Assembly (NCBI GenBank): GCA_905178155.1
Contig: CAJINV010000003.1
Coordinates: 2,375,065-2,439,064 of the forward strand
DNA length: 64,000 bases
Direction: 5' to 3'
Source of the DNA: Amoebophrya sp. A120
Taxonomy: Eukaryota; Protista; Dinoflagellata
The notes under the pieces: model-generated
Told to the model about the DNA's origin: nothing
The model's input: only the letters and a program-made list of their open reading frames with translations
The model's database searches: none
Shown here: piece after piece, positions 37,920-51,167 of the stretch
How the letters are laid out: each line of letters begins with the position of its first letter
Numbering within the stretch: position 1 is the first letter of the stretch
Made by a program: the position numbers and the translations under genes

Positions 37920-38924
37920 GTGGATACTGAATTTGTAAGATATGTAGGCTAGACGTTGTTTATCAGAACGAAAGTTCTACGAACTACGTCTACTCTAGGT
38001 GTGAACCGCGATGGAACTACTGCGGCTGCTGTTGTCTATTCTTCCAAAAAAAAACATGTGAAAGTCTGCTTTCCCAAACAAGGTGAAGTTTGCCTGAAGA
38101 GCAAATCCCACCGTCGGAGAATTTCGCTGCAACATTGCAGGCGTCTGATGAGCAAGGTGGTTGTACTTACTAGAGATACGACTTTGATCAACATCTATGC
38201 TACAGACTTAGCATGGGAGAAAAAAAATATACCCGGAGAACCATGAATTTTCTTGTAAAATTAATAACGGCATAAACATATGTCAGTGAAGTTGTGCCAA
38301 TCTCAAAAGCTACCCCGGTACAAACAGAAGTATAAAGATATCAATCGGACTTCCAAAAAGCAACGTTTAAAAAACAGTATTACATTAGGTTGAAATGAAT
38401 ACTTGGATAATTATTCCGTTAAATGTCAAGTGTCTTTTACTTGCGTCTGTAATATGGCAATTGATTTCTAGAGGAAGACGGCGACAACCGCAGTACAAGG
38501 GCTACGCGTACCGGCGCCCAAGGCCGAAGCGTCGCATGTCTTGCAGCTGGCCCTGTTCTGTTTTCGGCTCATCGTTTGTGACAGTGAGTACTGTAACCGT
38601 TGTTCCCAAAATCATGCTCGAACATATCGGACGCAGAGCTACAGCTACGTTGCTCCTACCGCACGCAGATCGGTTGTCTAGTCGTACAAGTGATTCGGCT
38701 GGTGCCTTTTCTCGGTTACTGAGAGGAAGAAAAAAGTGTCGGTGTTGATTCGTCTTTTTCGCGTTTTGAGTTTCGGTCTGCTTCCGCATCCTTTTGCTGT
38801 CGGTTCTCCTATTTCTCTTTTCACGACAATGAGCTCGTGCTTACATCTGTGAGGTGCAGTATGAAGGTTTGTATCATGATTTTTCGTGCGCACTTACTTT
38901 TTGTTTTTCCTGAAAATTTACTCC

Positions 38925-41250
38925 GAAAGCGGGGGTCGTAGGGTCCGGGTCGCCGGGCCCGTCCAGAACTTGCGCAGTACTTCGCCGCGGATGTTTCGCC
39001 TCTGGAATTTCAGAGCCTGTCAGGCACAAGATGGAGTGGTCTTGCGAAGCTAACAAGTGCTCCCAGTGTCGCACTCCGCGAAACGGAGCCGGGCTGCTGC
39101 ACTGAGGTCGCCCCGGGGTCGGCCCCAAATGCTATGCGCCGCGCCAACATTTTGCGCCGGCAGAGGCTTCGGTGTGTCGGCGCCGCGCGCGCCTTCTCCT
39201 TGCTAGTTGCCCAAACCAGGCCGCGAAGACAGGCCGCAGGGACCGCCCGCTGGTGGCTTCAATTCCAGAGGCGTTTCGTTGTCTCCTTGCACACTTGTGC
39301 ACTTCGCGCAAATGAGCTGCTGTGGCAGCGCCATCGCGTAACGCACGTTACACGGCGGCTCTCTGTTTCACTTGTGCCTTCCCGGCCGTGTCAATAGTGC
39401 TCCCCGTGGCGGCCGCTTTAATTTCAGAGGCATGTCCTTGCCTATATGCACGCTTGCGCACGTTGCAAAAAGCTTGCCACCGCCGTGCCATCGTGTAACG
39501 CACGTTACACGACGGCCCTCTGCTCCGCCGCAGCCCCCTTCGTGTGTGGGGAGCTGTGTGCGAAAAGCCTTGCCGCTTTGGGTTGTAAGGAGGCGCCCTC
39601 GTCCTCTCCTCGTCTGGGTAAGGCGCCCGCCAGCTAGCCATAAGAGGAGCAAGGCGCTGCTGGCTCGCCTGCCGGGCTGCGTCTCTCACTCTTGGTAAGT
39701 GAGCAGCGGCCCTCGCCGTCGCCTTCGTGCCCTGGTTAGAGGAGGTGCGCCACTGTGCTCACCCTCGCTCGCTGCAAACAGGCGACGGCCCTTCTGTTTT
39801 GTTCCTGATGCGCCCCACCGAGAGGATTTCTTTTTCTTGTGGCTTGTGCTGGTTATTTCCATTTGTTCTGCCGCTTCTGATCTGCCGCTCGGTGGGTGCT
39901 CTGCTTCTTTCAGAGCTGCGGTCGGATCTTGGCTTGGTCATCCGCAACTTCTTTGGAGATTCGGTGTGAAGCTTCGTCCGGAACTTTTTCCACGATTGTC
40001 TCAGAACTTGGTTCAGAACTTGCAAAAAACTTGTTTTGGAACTTGCAAAGTTTTTTTTTTTGGCTTTTCTTTTTTTCTCGTTCCGCGATGGGATAGCCAA
40101 TTTCTCGCCTTTCTTTTTCGGTCTGCGAAACGTTTTTCTGCAAGTTCCGAGACAAGTCTTCGGACAAGTTCCGAGACTAGGTCCGGAAAAAGTTCCGAAA
40201 CAAGTGCCGCGGCAAATTTCTGAACAAGCCCCAGAGCAAGTAGCCCCGGAACAAGGCCCGGGGCAAAGCTCCTGCGTGTGCAAGGGCCCCGCGGGCAGGC
40301 TTCTGGGGCATTGGTTTCGGAACAAACTAGCTAGGCCCGCTACGTGGCCGGCCCATGAGGGTGGTCCGGGCCGTCGCGCCGGCAGGAGTGTGACGTCGGT
40401 CTGAGGCCGCCGACCTTCGCCACTGCCAGCGGGTCACGTCCTCTGGGAGGGGGCGGCGCTCTGGTGTGATCCGGTTAGAAGGCCTCGCAGCTTTAAAGGG
40501 CGGCCGTCGGACCGCCCAGGGGCGGGGCTTCCGGGACTCTGAAGAAAGGGCAACGGGGTTTCATGGCGTCGGAGGCAGCCTGGGTGCTGGCTCGGCGCAG
40601 CCAAGCAAGCTTGTCTCCCCCGCGGCGCCCGGTGTGGATGTGCCGGCCCCTGTCGTCGGGTGGGCCCGCGGAGACTGTTTCTATTTTGTTGTCATTGCGC
40701 GCGCGCCCGAAGCGCTTTGTTTTATCACATTCCAGCAAACGAAGCCGCGCGCCATCGTGTAACGCGCGTTACACGACGGCGTTGTCGTTTCGTCCTGTCG
40801 CCTGCTGCGCAGCTGTGGCATGCTTCCGGCTCCTGTAGACGCATTGTTTCACCACAGAGCGACACTCGCTCTCGCGTCCCCCCTCTGGCGCAACACCTCA
40901 AAGAAAGGCCTCCCTTCATGTCGTGCCGACAGCCGCGAGCACGGGCGCCCGCGCGGCTATAGGGGAAGCATGCTGCATCGCGCCCATCTTCGCTTGGTGT
41001 GCAAGCGTGTTGCCGTAGCGTTTGGTCGTCGCTGGGGTGGTTCGTCTCGGTGGGCTGCTGCCTCGCACCAACATGCAGCCAGCAACCACCTGAGCAGAAT
41101 AAACCCGTGGAAGGCTCCTCCTACTGGGGCTGGGCCCTCGTTGCCTGGCACCCCGGCGCCCTCTCGTATTGCCCCATCCGGGAATCGGCCCGACAAGTTC
41201 CGGGCAAGTTCTGTGCGAGTTCAGCGCCGCATACATCTAGACCCATGCTT
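38925..41250. other. Second GC-rich non-coding island with palindromes and 12-bp repeats
   Basis: Abrupt GC rise between AT-richer intergenic DNA. Three 30-bp palindromes and CAAGTTCCGAGA-like 12-mers (40141-40260). No credible protein. Confidence 0.5.
39330..40780. repeat. Three copies of a 30-bp near-perfect palindrome
   Basis: GCCATCG(T/C)GTAACGC(A/G)CGTTACACG(A/G)CGGC at 39330-39359, 39487-39516 and 40751-40780. Confidence 0.9.
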
Positions 41251-41536
41251 TCGGAGTAACTGAAAATTGAAAAAAACATGCTTTCTTATCCCAACTACAG
41301 GCAGTGGTAGTCCCACCAAAAGTTGCCGTTTTGGACTATCATTTCCACCAATTTTGAATTTGAACATCATCAAACCACACTTTTCTAAATTCAACTTTCT
41401 ATCACCCACTTACCTTCATTAAGCATGCATCGGAATTCATCAACCTTGTTTCGTTTTGATATCGGGTAACAGTCCGCATCCCGGCTGTTGTGAGTAAGGA
41501 AGGTTCATCTCCACGACCCGATATTGATTATTCATT

Positions 41537-43190
41537 ATGGCGTCAAAGTTGAAGAAGTTACGGGCCGCCGCGGGCGTCAATGAGACTGGTGAGGCGGAGC
41601 AATTGCTTCCCGGTCTGGCCAAGCGCCCCGGCGTCGGGAACTACAAAACCGCAGGAGGGGGCCACAATTCCAAGATCATGAAAGTCATGGCGGACATCGA
41701 AAAGGATCTCATAGAGTACTTCTATCTGTTGTTCCACACCTTTTTTCTCCCGCACCCGTGTCCTGATTGGCTACAAAGATTCTTGCTCTCAGGCCAACGA
41801 GAATGATCAATGTGGGTTCGCCTTAGATAGGACTATAGAAAGACAGAGAACAACAGAGGAATCGCTGCGGCATTGCTTGACAGACATTATTCCTCCCTAA
41901 ATGCAGCCCGTATTAGAAATGTCGTGTGATCATAGATTCATTCGCATACGTCCACTGCATCAAAAGTAAAGACATTTTCTCCTAAAACTCTACTACAGGT
42001 ACCTGGAAGACTTGGATACCATTGCGGCGAACATTGACACGCTGGCGCACGACGTGCGCAGGGTGGCCACGACGAAGGAGGAAGGGCAGAAGGTGAAGGA
42101 GATGCAGATGCAATTGGACCAGTCGAAGCAGTACAATGCGAAGGTGAAATCCTGCCTGGAGGATCTGGAAAACCTCGCGCACGGCAAAAAGTCCCACACG
42201 CTGAGCTCCGCCGAGAAGGACTACTGTAACACCATCCTGGAGACCATGTCGAAGAAGTTCAAGGACTGCGTGAAAAAGTCCCTCGCCGCGCAGAGCAATT
42301 TCGAGACGGCGACCCGGAGCCGGCTGCAGAAGGGGCTGCAGATGATGTTCCCCGACGCGAGCAAAGAGGAGGTGTCCGAGCTCATTTCTGGCGACCCGAA
42401 GCAGATCCAGGGCCTGTTGCAGAAGCAGTACACCAAGGCGGGGAGCCAGGGCGACCGCCAGCTCCACGATCAGTTGTCCACCATGCAGGACAACCACGAC
42501 GCAATGTTGGAGTTGGAACAGTCCGTGCTGGAGTTAAACGAGCTGTTCTTCTACCTCTCCGCACTCGTAGAGAAGCAGGCCCGGACGTTGGAAAGCATCG
42601 AAGCGTAATTTTTTACTATCATATGCTCGGATTTGGTTTTCGTGTTTCTCTCTTTGATGAGCATTTTTTGGGGGTAGTGCTCTTGCTGCATATAACGACT
42701 CGTCCTATTGAGAAGCTTTGCTTTTTTGCTAGCGAGTTTTGTTGCGCTTCAATGCAGCTGCTATCTTGTCCAAAATAGAAATTGATTTTTGTTTCATGTA
42801 CCACGATGATTACCACCTGTATGAACAGAGAACAACAAATGGATAAATAAATCGGAGCAACAAAAATATAACAGGCACGTGGACAAAACGGACGAATACA
42901 TTGGGGAGGGGGTCGAGTCCCTGGAGCGCGCGGAAACCTTGCAGCGCAGCTACGAGTCGAAGCGGCAATGTTTGAAAGCGGTGCTCTGTTGGGGCGGTAT
43001 CGTCGGGATCATCGTGCTCTGCGTCATCTTGTTCTTCTGTGTTATCAAGCCGGCCTGCCTAGAAGGGGGTGGCGGGAGTTTCCTGCAGTTGGGGGGTGGC
43101 GGGAGTTTCCTGCAACGGTCGGATAGTAACCAGGGGAGTCTGCTTTTTTCCAATCCGAAGAAACTCCGTTTTCCCCAGCCTCGACAGTGA
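41537..43190 (+). CDS. Syntaxin (Qa-SNARE) paralogue 1
   Basis: Exons 41537-41715, 41999-42604, 42875-43190 (GT-AG). Habc helices, SNARE motif HDAMLELEQSVLELNELFFYLSALVEKQARTLESIEAHV, TM helix, then a C-terminal extension. Confidence 0.9.
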
Positions 43191-44576
43191 GCGCGGGAGA
43201 TGCCGCGCAGGTGCATTTTTGGGGAAATGGTACTGCGAATTCTACATCTTGCTCTTCGATTGATCGCCATTGAAGCTTGTTTGATACGTTTTCCATCATG
43301 CGTTATTTTTCCCGTGTACAATTTTTACTTTTTTTGATCATAACATTTTACACTTCATCATACATACGTTTTACTGATTATCATTCTAGCATCTTCATTG
43401 AACTTCAACTTATTCACATTTTCATTTACATCTTTGACACTTTTTGCATAATTTGTTCTTGCCTTTTATCAGAGCGTAGACACAACGTTGACAATTTTCA
43501 TTCGCGAAGTGTTGAGCCGTCTTCGGGCGGTCTACCTATCTCGGCAGTTATTTCTGTTGCAAATTCGACATGATTTCCCGCTCATTGCGGGGATAGAGAA
43601 GATTCACTATTGAGTTTTTGCAACAACAATTTTGTAAAGGGATCCTCAGCAATATCTAAATTTCACGACCACTTCTACTACCGATACCTCGACGTAAAAA
43701 GCGAACAGCAGCCAACCGCTGCACACAAGGTGAGACGAGCGAGTAAGTACTAGGTCTCACGTTTTTTGCATTTTCATAAGCAGCGTCAGGTTATCTGCAA
43801 ACAAAAACCAAACGATTTTTGCTGAAGCTGAACAACTACTTGGGTCCATTAATTTCATACTCCAAAGCGACTGCAGCAACTGCTAGCTGCGGACCTACCT
43901 GTCGGGTCATTGGTGTTTCCCATTTTCAGATGTGCGCAGTTCGGTCAGTCGAATTTAGCAGTCGTCGGTTTGTTACACTTTGGTTGTGCTTCGAGTTTTC
44001 GGTCGTTCATGGCACTGCTTACGGTCACAGGCTGTTGCTAATTTCGGTTTCATACGTATGATACGTGTCGGATGTTATAATTTTCTCTCTTGGTAGTTCG
44101 TCGTGATCGTGCAGCGGTACGTACTAACACGCTTACGTTAATATGCAGCGTTTTTCGTCCCTCTCGTACTTGCTCGTGACGGTGAAGCTTTTCAACATTT
44201 TTCAATCTTCGGTTACTTCGCCGCATGGCTCTCTGCATTTCAATCTACAATGGAAGCGAATTCTCCCTAAAAATTGACTTGCAGCTTTCCCTTTGAGCTT
44301 GATTCGAAGTATCGGCTACTTAGATGTTTTTTACTGGTGCCAATTTTCATTTTTGCATGCTCGTGGTAGATACCCTCTACTAGAGCTACGTTTTCCAATT
44401 CCTTTTTTACCATTTTACCGTATCGCGTTTTACTGAGTGACCATATTAGGTATGTTTATAGCTTCAGAGAATCATTCAAACACGCTTGCGAAGCAGGCGG
44501 GCTCGTCCACCAGCACCTGATACTAGTGTAGCGACGGTCCTCGTCATCGGCCGCTTGCTCCTCTAGGGTCGTGAAG

Positions 44577-46502
44577 ATGGCGTCGAGATCGAAATTGGGT
44601 GCCTTACGCGAGGCGGCGGGGGTGGACAAGGATGAGCTGATTGGCAACTACATGGAGGGCCTCCGCCAGTCGCAGGGCGCCGGTTTTGGCGGTAGTCAGC
44701 AGCTGGTGACGATGCGGCCCGCGGGCGCGGAGGAAAAGACGCGGATCATGAAACTGCTGCACACCATCGAGAAGGACGTGGAAGAGTTCATTGAAGATCT
44801 AGAGGTGATCTCCCACAACATCGTCGTCCTCGCGAACGAGGTGAAACGGTCGTTTATTACAATGAAAAATGCCCTCACTCCAGAACTTGGCAGCATTTGT
44901 ATTGCAAACCTTTCCAATGGCAACATTCCCCGTCTTGCAAATGTCAGCATCACAAATTTTCCATGCTGAATAGCTCAAACCTGTGCTGCAAAGGAGCCCA
45001 CCAGCAGCCGGGTCTGTCATGCAAAAGACACCTTTCCCTTGCGCACCTAGATTCTGCATCAGAAAGGCTCGCAGTCCTTTCATGCAAGACAGAAAGCTTT
45101 CATATGGAAACTTTGCATGAGAAACTGTTGCAAATTCTGAAAGGGAGCATTTTTCATTGTAATATCCTTCACGAAGGAGGACGAGGTGTCCAAAGTGCGG
45201 GAGTTTCAGGTCAACATGGACCAGGGGAAGAACTATTGCGCCAAGGTGAAAAACTGCCTCGCCGACCTGGAGAAGCTGCAGGACCAGAAAAACAAAGCCA
45301 GCCAAGCGATGACCAAAAGGGAGCGCGAGTACTGCCAGTCCGTGCTCGGAACCTCGACCTCCAAATTCCAAGCCGCCGTCAAAGAACTACTCGCCGCGCA
45401 AAACACCTTCGAGAAGGAGGCGAAGCACAGGTATTTCATAGCACGTTTGTCTTTCGATTCCTGGAGGGTCGTAGTTGAGAAGTCTGGGAGGGGGCCTTGC
45501 AGATTCAGGAGGCTTTCCGTCCCGATTTACAGAATTTTCAAAGACGATGAAGAGATCAGTAGATATTATGAGAAACTTATTTTCGGTACCCCGTGTGGTC
45601 AACTGGCATCTTGAAGCTGCATTGAAAATTTGGTAAACAATGATCGTCTTCCATTCATCGCGACATTTACATTTTGAATACATTTACGCTGCCTGTTGTA
45701 GGTGCATGATCATGATGCATTTTGCTGTATTTCAATATGCCTTCCTCAAAATAACAGGATGAAGCTTGCGTTAAGCACTTTATACCCGGATGCGTCGATG
45801 GACGAGGTCGCGACGCTTGTGGAGAGCGACAATACGGCTTTGTTGCAGACCGTGATGCGGAAGAGGAGCGACGCCAGCGACGACCAAGCGATGCAAGAGC
45901 AGCTGATGCTGCTGCAGGAGCAGTCCGACGCCATGCTGGAGCTGGAGAAGTCTGTTCTGGAGTTGAACGACCTGTTTTTCTACCTCTCTTCGCTCGTGGA
46001 GCAGCAGGCGCGATCTCTGCAGTCGATCGAGGATAATGTCAACAAGACCGACCAATTCGTGGGCGAGGGCGTGCAGCGCTTGGCCCTGGCAGAGAAACAC
46101 CAGGCGAGCTACGACTGGAAGCGGAAGTGGTTGCAGACGGGGCTGATGATCTTGTGCTGCTTCGGCATCTGCATCGGCTTGGGTTTCATCCTGATGTACT
46201 GCCAGCCGGTCTACGACTGCGTCTACGGCACCGCGGAAGCCGGCGTCGACGGAGCCACGTCCGCCGTCTCTGGGAGCGGGGGCGAAGGAGCGAAGAAAGA
46301 GAGTTCTTTTCAAGAAGTGCTCGCTCACCAGGAGGTGGTTGCGGCTCCCGCAAAAGTAGAGGTGGAGCCGCATGTAGAGGTACTTGATGCCCCCGTCGCG
46401 CCGTACGTCGAACCACCTTCCATATCGCACCGCGGGGGGTACCTCTCGGTCGTGCGGTCGCGTGCCTCCTTGCTACGCCAACGAGCAGTGAAGATGGTTT
46501 GA
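44577..46502 (+). CDS. Syntaxin (Qa-SNARE) paralogue 2
   Basis: Exons 44577-44854, 45170-45430, 45758-46502. SNARE motif SDAMLELEKSVLELNDLFFYLSSLVEQQARSLQSIEDNV, TM helix and ~100-aa C-terminal extension. Confidence 0.9.
44855..45164. mobile_element. Introner family B element (310 bp), DR TCGTT/TCCTT
   Basis: TIR TATTACAATGAAAAATGC / GCATTTTTCATTGTAATA. Colinear with 59715-60020 throughout. Removal gives KRSFTKEDE. Confidence 0.94.
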
Positions 46503-47905
46503 GTTCCTCGAGAAGAAATATTTGGAAAATAGCCATCATTGCCGCAGGTGAATTTTTAAGTGCGTCATCGACATCGATGCAAAAATGCAGCACTAAATTT
46601 CATCGTCCACCTCCTCCTTCTCAGGTTAGAGCATCGATTGAGAACATGACTCAAAAATACAAGTTATCGAGTTCTATGCGTACGCACTGAAGAACGCAGT
46701 CCAAAAAATCATACTTATGTTGTCACTACAGAACGGATAGGTATCTGGTACTTTTTTGCCGAACAGCAGCACGAGAACCTGGCGCGACCATGTGAATTTC
46801 ACCCCCCCGGTACGCTGCCACGGAAATTCGCTACCTAAGAAAATATATTTACAACATGCGGTTATTCATCGTATCTATTCTTTTATTCCCCAGACCACGT
46901 TTTCACACAGCTTTCTGCTATTATTAAGGAAGAGCTCGTACTGTAATTCAATCGACGGCTTCTCGTCGATGTCTTCATGAACTGGCTGTCTACTTCACGA
47001 GATGCTCCCGGCGAACGCTGCAAGCGAACATCTCGCGGTTTCACACTCAGACGCAAAATGCCTTTGGAAAAATATAAACACAGCGCGGCCATCACCGCCG
47101 CATCTATGGTGCACTGCAAATTTTCCTGCGGTCTCGAGGTGCGGCATTCGCTTGTGCTTTCATTCCGGCGGCACATTTTCGTTTTTCATTTTCTCGGTAG
47201 TACTTGTTTATGAAGACGCTATTAATATATCGTTCTCGGTATAGAGTAGAAGCCGCAAGCGCAGCGATCGGTTTGCGGTGCATTCCATGACGCTGTGCCA
47301 GCGTGTATATCGGTCATTCCGTGTGAGCATGCTTTTCTTTCGTTCGGTCGAGGCCTCTTCGTTCAGAATCTATCAGAACTCTGTACGTAACACCCTCGTC
47401 GGTTGAACAAACACTCTTGAGGACAAGCACAAACGTGTCCACTTTTTGCAGTGAATCGGTTTTGCTGGTCGTTCATCCGCACCTGTATCTCTTTTCGTCC
47501 ACTCATCGTCCGTTGCAGCAGTGCGCACTTCGTCGGAAGCAACTCCCACGAAAAGTGTGGAATACGATTTTAATACAGGCGTGCGTTTTCCCCCAACAGT
47601 AGTATTTCCCCCTTGTAATTTTGTCATATTTCGCTTTGTGAGTTTGTAAATTATGGAGCTGTTGATTAGCCTGCGTGGTCGGCGCCGTAAGAAGTATCGG
47701 GCAAGCGACGTAGGCTGATCCAATTTTCAGTTTTTTACCATTTAAAGAGACCCCCAGATTTTTATCATTTCCCAGTTTTTTCATCCCAAAAACCTTACTA
47801 TAACTTTTTCCCCAACTACAACATCTTCGCAAAAATCGTATTTATCTCCGACAGCACTCGAGTAAAAGTTTCTCTACTGTACTAAAAGCTCCCTCCTGCG
47901 GAACG

Positions 47906-49264
47906 ATGAGCACCCGGGATTCCAACCAGAAGGTGCGGGACCGCAAGGGGTCGCAGCGCAAAAGCCAGCGCGGAGGCGGCGGCAAGGACGGGACTACCGC
48001 GAAAAACAGCGGCGGCAAACCGAGTGGCGGGGGCGGGGGTGCGAGTTGGGAACAACAACAAGCCCCCAACTGGGACGCGCAGCTGGCCGCGGCGGAGAAG
48101 ACCAACAGCAACCCCTACAGCAACAGCGCCATCATGGAGGTGCTCCACAACATCGGGGAGAATCTGAAGGAGCACTTGCAGGACCTGGAGGTGGTGACCC
48201 AGAACATGCACGTGCTGGCCGCCGACATCAAGGACGCGCGCGACCAGAACGAACTGAACGCGACACTGAAGCGGATGCACGAGCAGAACGAGATGTCGCG
48301 GAAGTACGCGCAACGGGTGAAATCCGCCGTGCAGGACCTGCAGGACCTGCTCGACAAGCGGCGGTCCGCCCTGACCAAAACGGAGGCGGACTTTGGGGAC
48401 CGCGCGCTGAAGGAGCACTCGCGCCGGTTCCACGCCGCCATCAAGAACATGCTGTCGGCCCAGCATGCGTTCGACGAGGTAACCACGAAGAAGGTGGAGC
48501 AGCACATGCACCAGATGTACCCGCAGGCCAGCCCGTCGGACGTGCAACGGATGGTGCAGGAGCGCCGGCAGAAGGACCAACAGCAGCTCCAGAACCCGAT
48601 GGCGGACGTGGAGGTGGCACGCCAGGAGCTGGACCAGCTGGACGAGGAGGCCCAGGCGCTGTTTGAGCTGGAGGCGGCCATCAAGGAGACGGACGATATG
48701 ATGTTCTACATCAACGCGCTCGTTGAGGAACAGGCGGAGCAGATCATCGACATCGAGGACATGGTGTACGGCGCGCAGGCCTTTGTCGGTGCCGGCGTGG
48801 AACAGCTCGATGAATCGGAGGGCTATTTCAACAGGTACATCTCTGTTCTTGTTGTTCTTTTTCCTAGTTTTGATTTGCCTGTGTGCGTTCTTACCGCGCG
48901 TGTGTTTTTGATGTTTCCATCAAAACAATGGCAGCTTTGAGTTGGAAATTGACCTTGAACCACACGACCTGTGGTGGTGCAATTCTATTGACTGGTACCC
49001 AAAGAAATCTTTTTCTTTTGTTAATACTACAGCTACATGATCAAGAAGATTTGTCTGTCCTGCTGTTTCTGGTGCGGGCTTATCGCCGCGGTGGTTGTGG
49101 GTATCATTTTGTTGGTCATTTTTTGCGGCAACGGCGGCGGGGCGACGGAGGTGCATCTGGTTCAGAGTGCGGCGTCTTTTGTCGAAGAGAAGCACACCGC
49201 CGTTCGGCACGGGCTGCACAACTCCCACGGTCGCAGGACCTCCGCTTGGCTGTCCACCTTGTGA
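47906..49264 (+). CDS. Syntaxin (Qa-SNARE) paralogue 3
   Basis: Exons 47906-48834 and 49033-49264. SNARE motif ALFELEAAIKETDDMMFYINALVEEQAEQIIDIEDMV; TM GLIAAVVVGIILLVIFC. Confidence 0.88.
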
Positions 49265-50207
49265 AAAAACGAGCAGATCACGGCGTTTCCGTACTGAGAC
49301 TGACGCTCCGTAAAAAATTCCTTTATTGGAACGAATGTTTTCAGGAGGAAGTTGTTGTGGAGGAGTTTGAAGTGCGAACCGCTGAAAGGTCTCGCCGTTT
49401 GATGTTATTGCCGCTTTCGACAAGCGCCATGGAAATTTTGTTGGAGAAAGCTTGCTTCTATCAGAGGAGTTTGACACATTTTTACGACACAAACAAAAAT
49501 CACATCAGCAGTTGTGTACTAGTTGTAAAGAGATCTACTTTTTCGCAGGTGCCATTTTTACCAAAGAATTTCTAGAATTATCATTACTTTTCAAATCGTT
49601 TCCAGTACCGAAGTTGACGCAAATCTTGTTTAGCTTGCGAGTTGGAGGTGGTCTCGCAGTAACGAACCAAATTAAAGACGGATCGGATTCGGAGGTTCAA
49701 GACATTTTGTCACAACTCGGCGCTATAGTTGGTCGAAAAAATCTGACCGACTTTGGCAGCTGTAAGTAGGAGGTAATGCTTCTGTATCTTTTCCACAATT
49801 GATTCGATTCGAACACATTTCTTTTTTCTCTGTATCTCTACATGTTCTTCTACCAGCGAGCTCTACCTTGACTTCTACAACTTTTCTTTACAGTAACGAA
49901 CTTAACATGTGCTGCACAACCTGCTTTCTCTAAAATTAAACTATTACAGACGTACTTTCTGAGATCTTTCAAGTATAATACCGAAGGCAGTCGACAAAAG
50001 AATTTAGTAAAACGCTGGCCGCACAAGTGCTCTTTGGGATTTCGATTTGTGGTGTTCGACATGATTCGATGTGTTGCTGGATGTTGATCATGAGGTAATT
50101 AAAGGGCGCTCAGGTTCTGTGCCACCACGGCGAATAGCACGTTGCAAAAATTCTGCACAACCCTATCGTTCACAGAAAAGCAATTCAGCAAAAATTTGCG
50201 ATAGACA

Positions 50208-51167
50208 ATGATGGAACAGCAGGAGCAGGCCACCGAGACCTTCGAGGACGAGGTAATCCGGAGCGTGGTCCGCCAGATCCGCAGCGCTTTGAAGATTCCG
50301 ACGGACATTCTGGAAAGCCGGTGGCGACAGCACCTCGCTGCGGAGTCTGAGGAGCGACATGACGTCCCAGGCACGAGTAGCGGCTCTTCAGCAGCGCACG
50401 ATCGCGGACCACCAGGAGGCCCACCTCTATTGCCCAGAAAGAAGGAGCAGCTGCAACCGTGGGAGATGTTTTCAGCCAAAGCAAGGGCGCTACAATCACG
50501 ACGACCCGCAGAGTCGGAGAAAGATGCAAAGGAAGGTGCTCGGAACGATCCTACAACGGGGCGTGTAGCGCACAAGCAGGGCAGCGCGGCACAAGCTAGC
50601 AAGCCTGCGACATCCTCGGGGGCCGCAAACAAGAGAAAGCGGTCCGACTCTTCTTCGTCCGAAGACGAACTTCTAGAGGACGACGACCTCGAGGAAGTCG
50701 TTGGGGCTGCGACAAACAAAAGCGTAAAGGAACCACCTCAGCTCGACGGCCAAACGGAGGGGTCAAGGGAAAATTTCTCGCCAGGGGACAACTACCAGGC
50801 CGATTTGGCCGTAAGTGCGGCTGCTTTTTTCGACGGCGAAGATGATCTTGCCGTCCCTGCCATTGTCGGTGCCGGCAGCGCCCTCGGCTCAACGAACGGC
50901 ATAGACCGGCTCGACGAAATGCCTGCTGCGTTGCTTCCTTTTGGTTCAAACGCCAGCAGTAGAGATCATTTAGGGAAGGGCGGCCTCCTCGCTCCTGGGC
51001 CGCCTCAATCGCTGCAAAAGCCGGAGAATTTCGTCGTGGGCCGGGGGAGCCTTGAGCGAAGGGACAAGACGAAGTGGCACGTGCGGCTCGAGACCGGTTT
51101 TATTTCCCTCCAAAACGGTCAGCGCGAACTTCTCTTCAAAGAAGGAGAGGCGAAGCTGCATTTCTGA
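50208..51167 (+). CDS. Divergent TFIIA large subunit (TOA1/GTF2A1-like), intronless
   Basis: N-terminal EVIRSVVRQIR...LESRWRQHL and C-terminal ENFVVG...RRDKTKWHVRLETGFISLQNGQRELLFKEGEAKLHF match the two conserved TFIIA alpha/beta regions, with an acidic linker between them. Confidence 0.72.
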   Translation: MMEQQEQATETFEDEVIRSVVRQIRSALKIPTDILESRWRQHLAAESEERHDVPGTSSGSSAAHDRGPPGGPPLLPRKKEQLQPWEMFSAKARALQSRRPAESEKDAKEGARNDPTTGRVAHKQGSAAQASKPATSSGAANKRKRSDSSSSEDELLEDDDLEEVVGAATNKSVKEPPQLDGQTEGSRENFSPGDNYQADLAVSAAAFFDGEDDLAVPAIVGAGSALGSTNGIDRLDEMPAALLPFGSNASSRDHLGKGGLLAPGPPQSLQKPENFVVGRGSLERRDKTKWHVRLETGFISLQNGQRELLFKEGEAKLHF

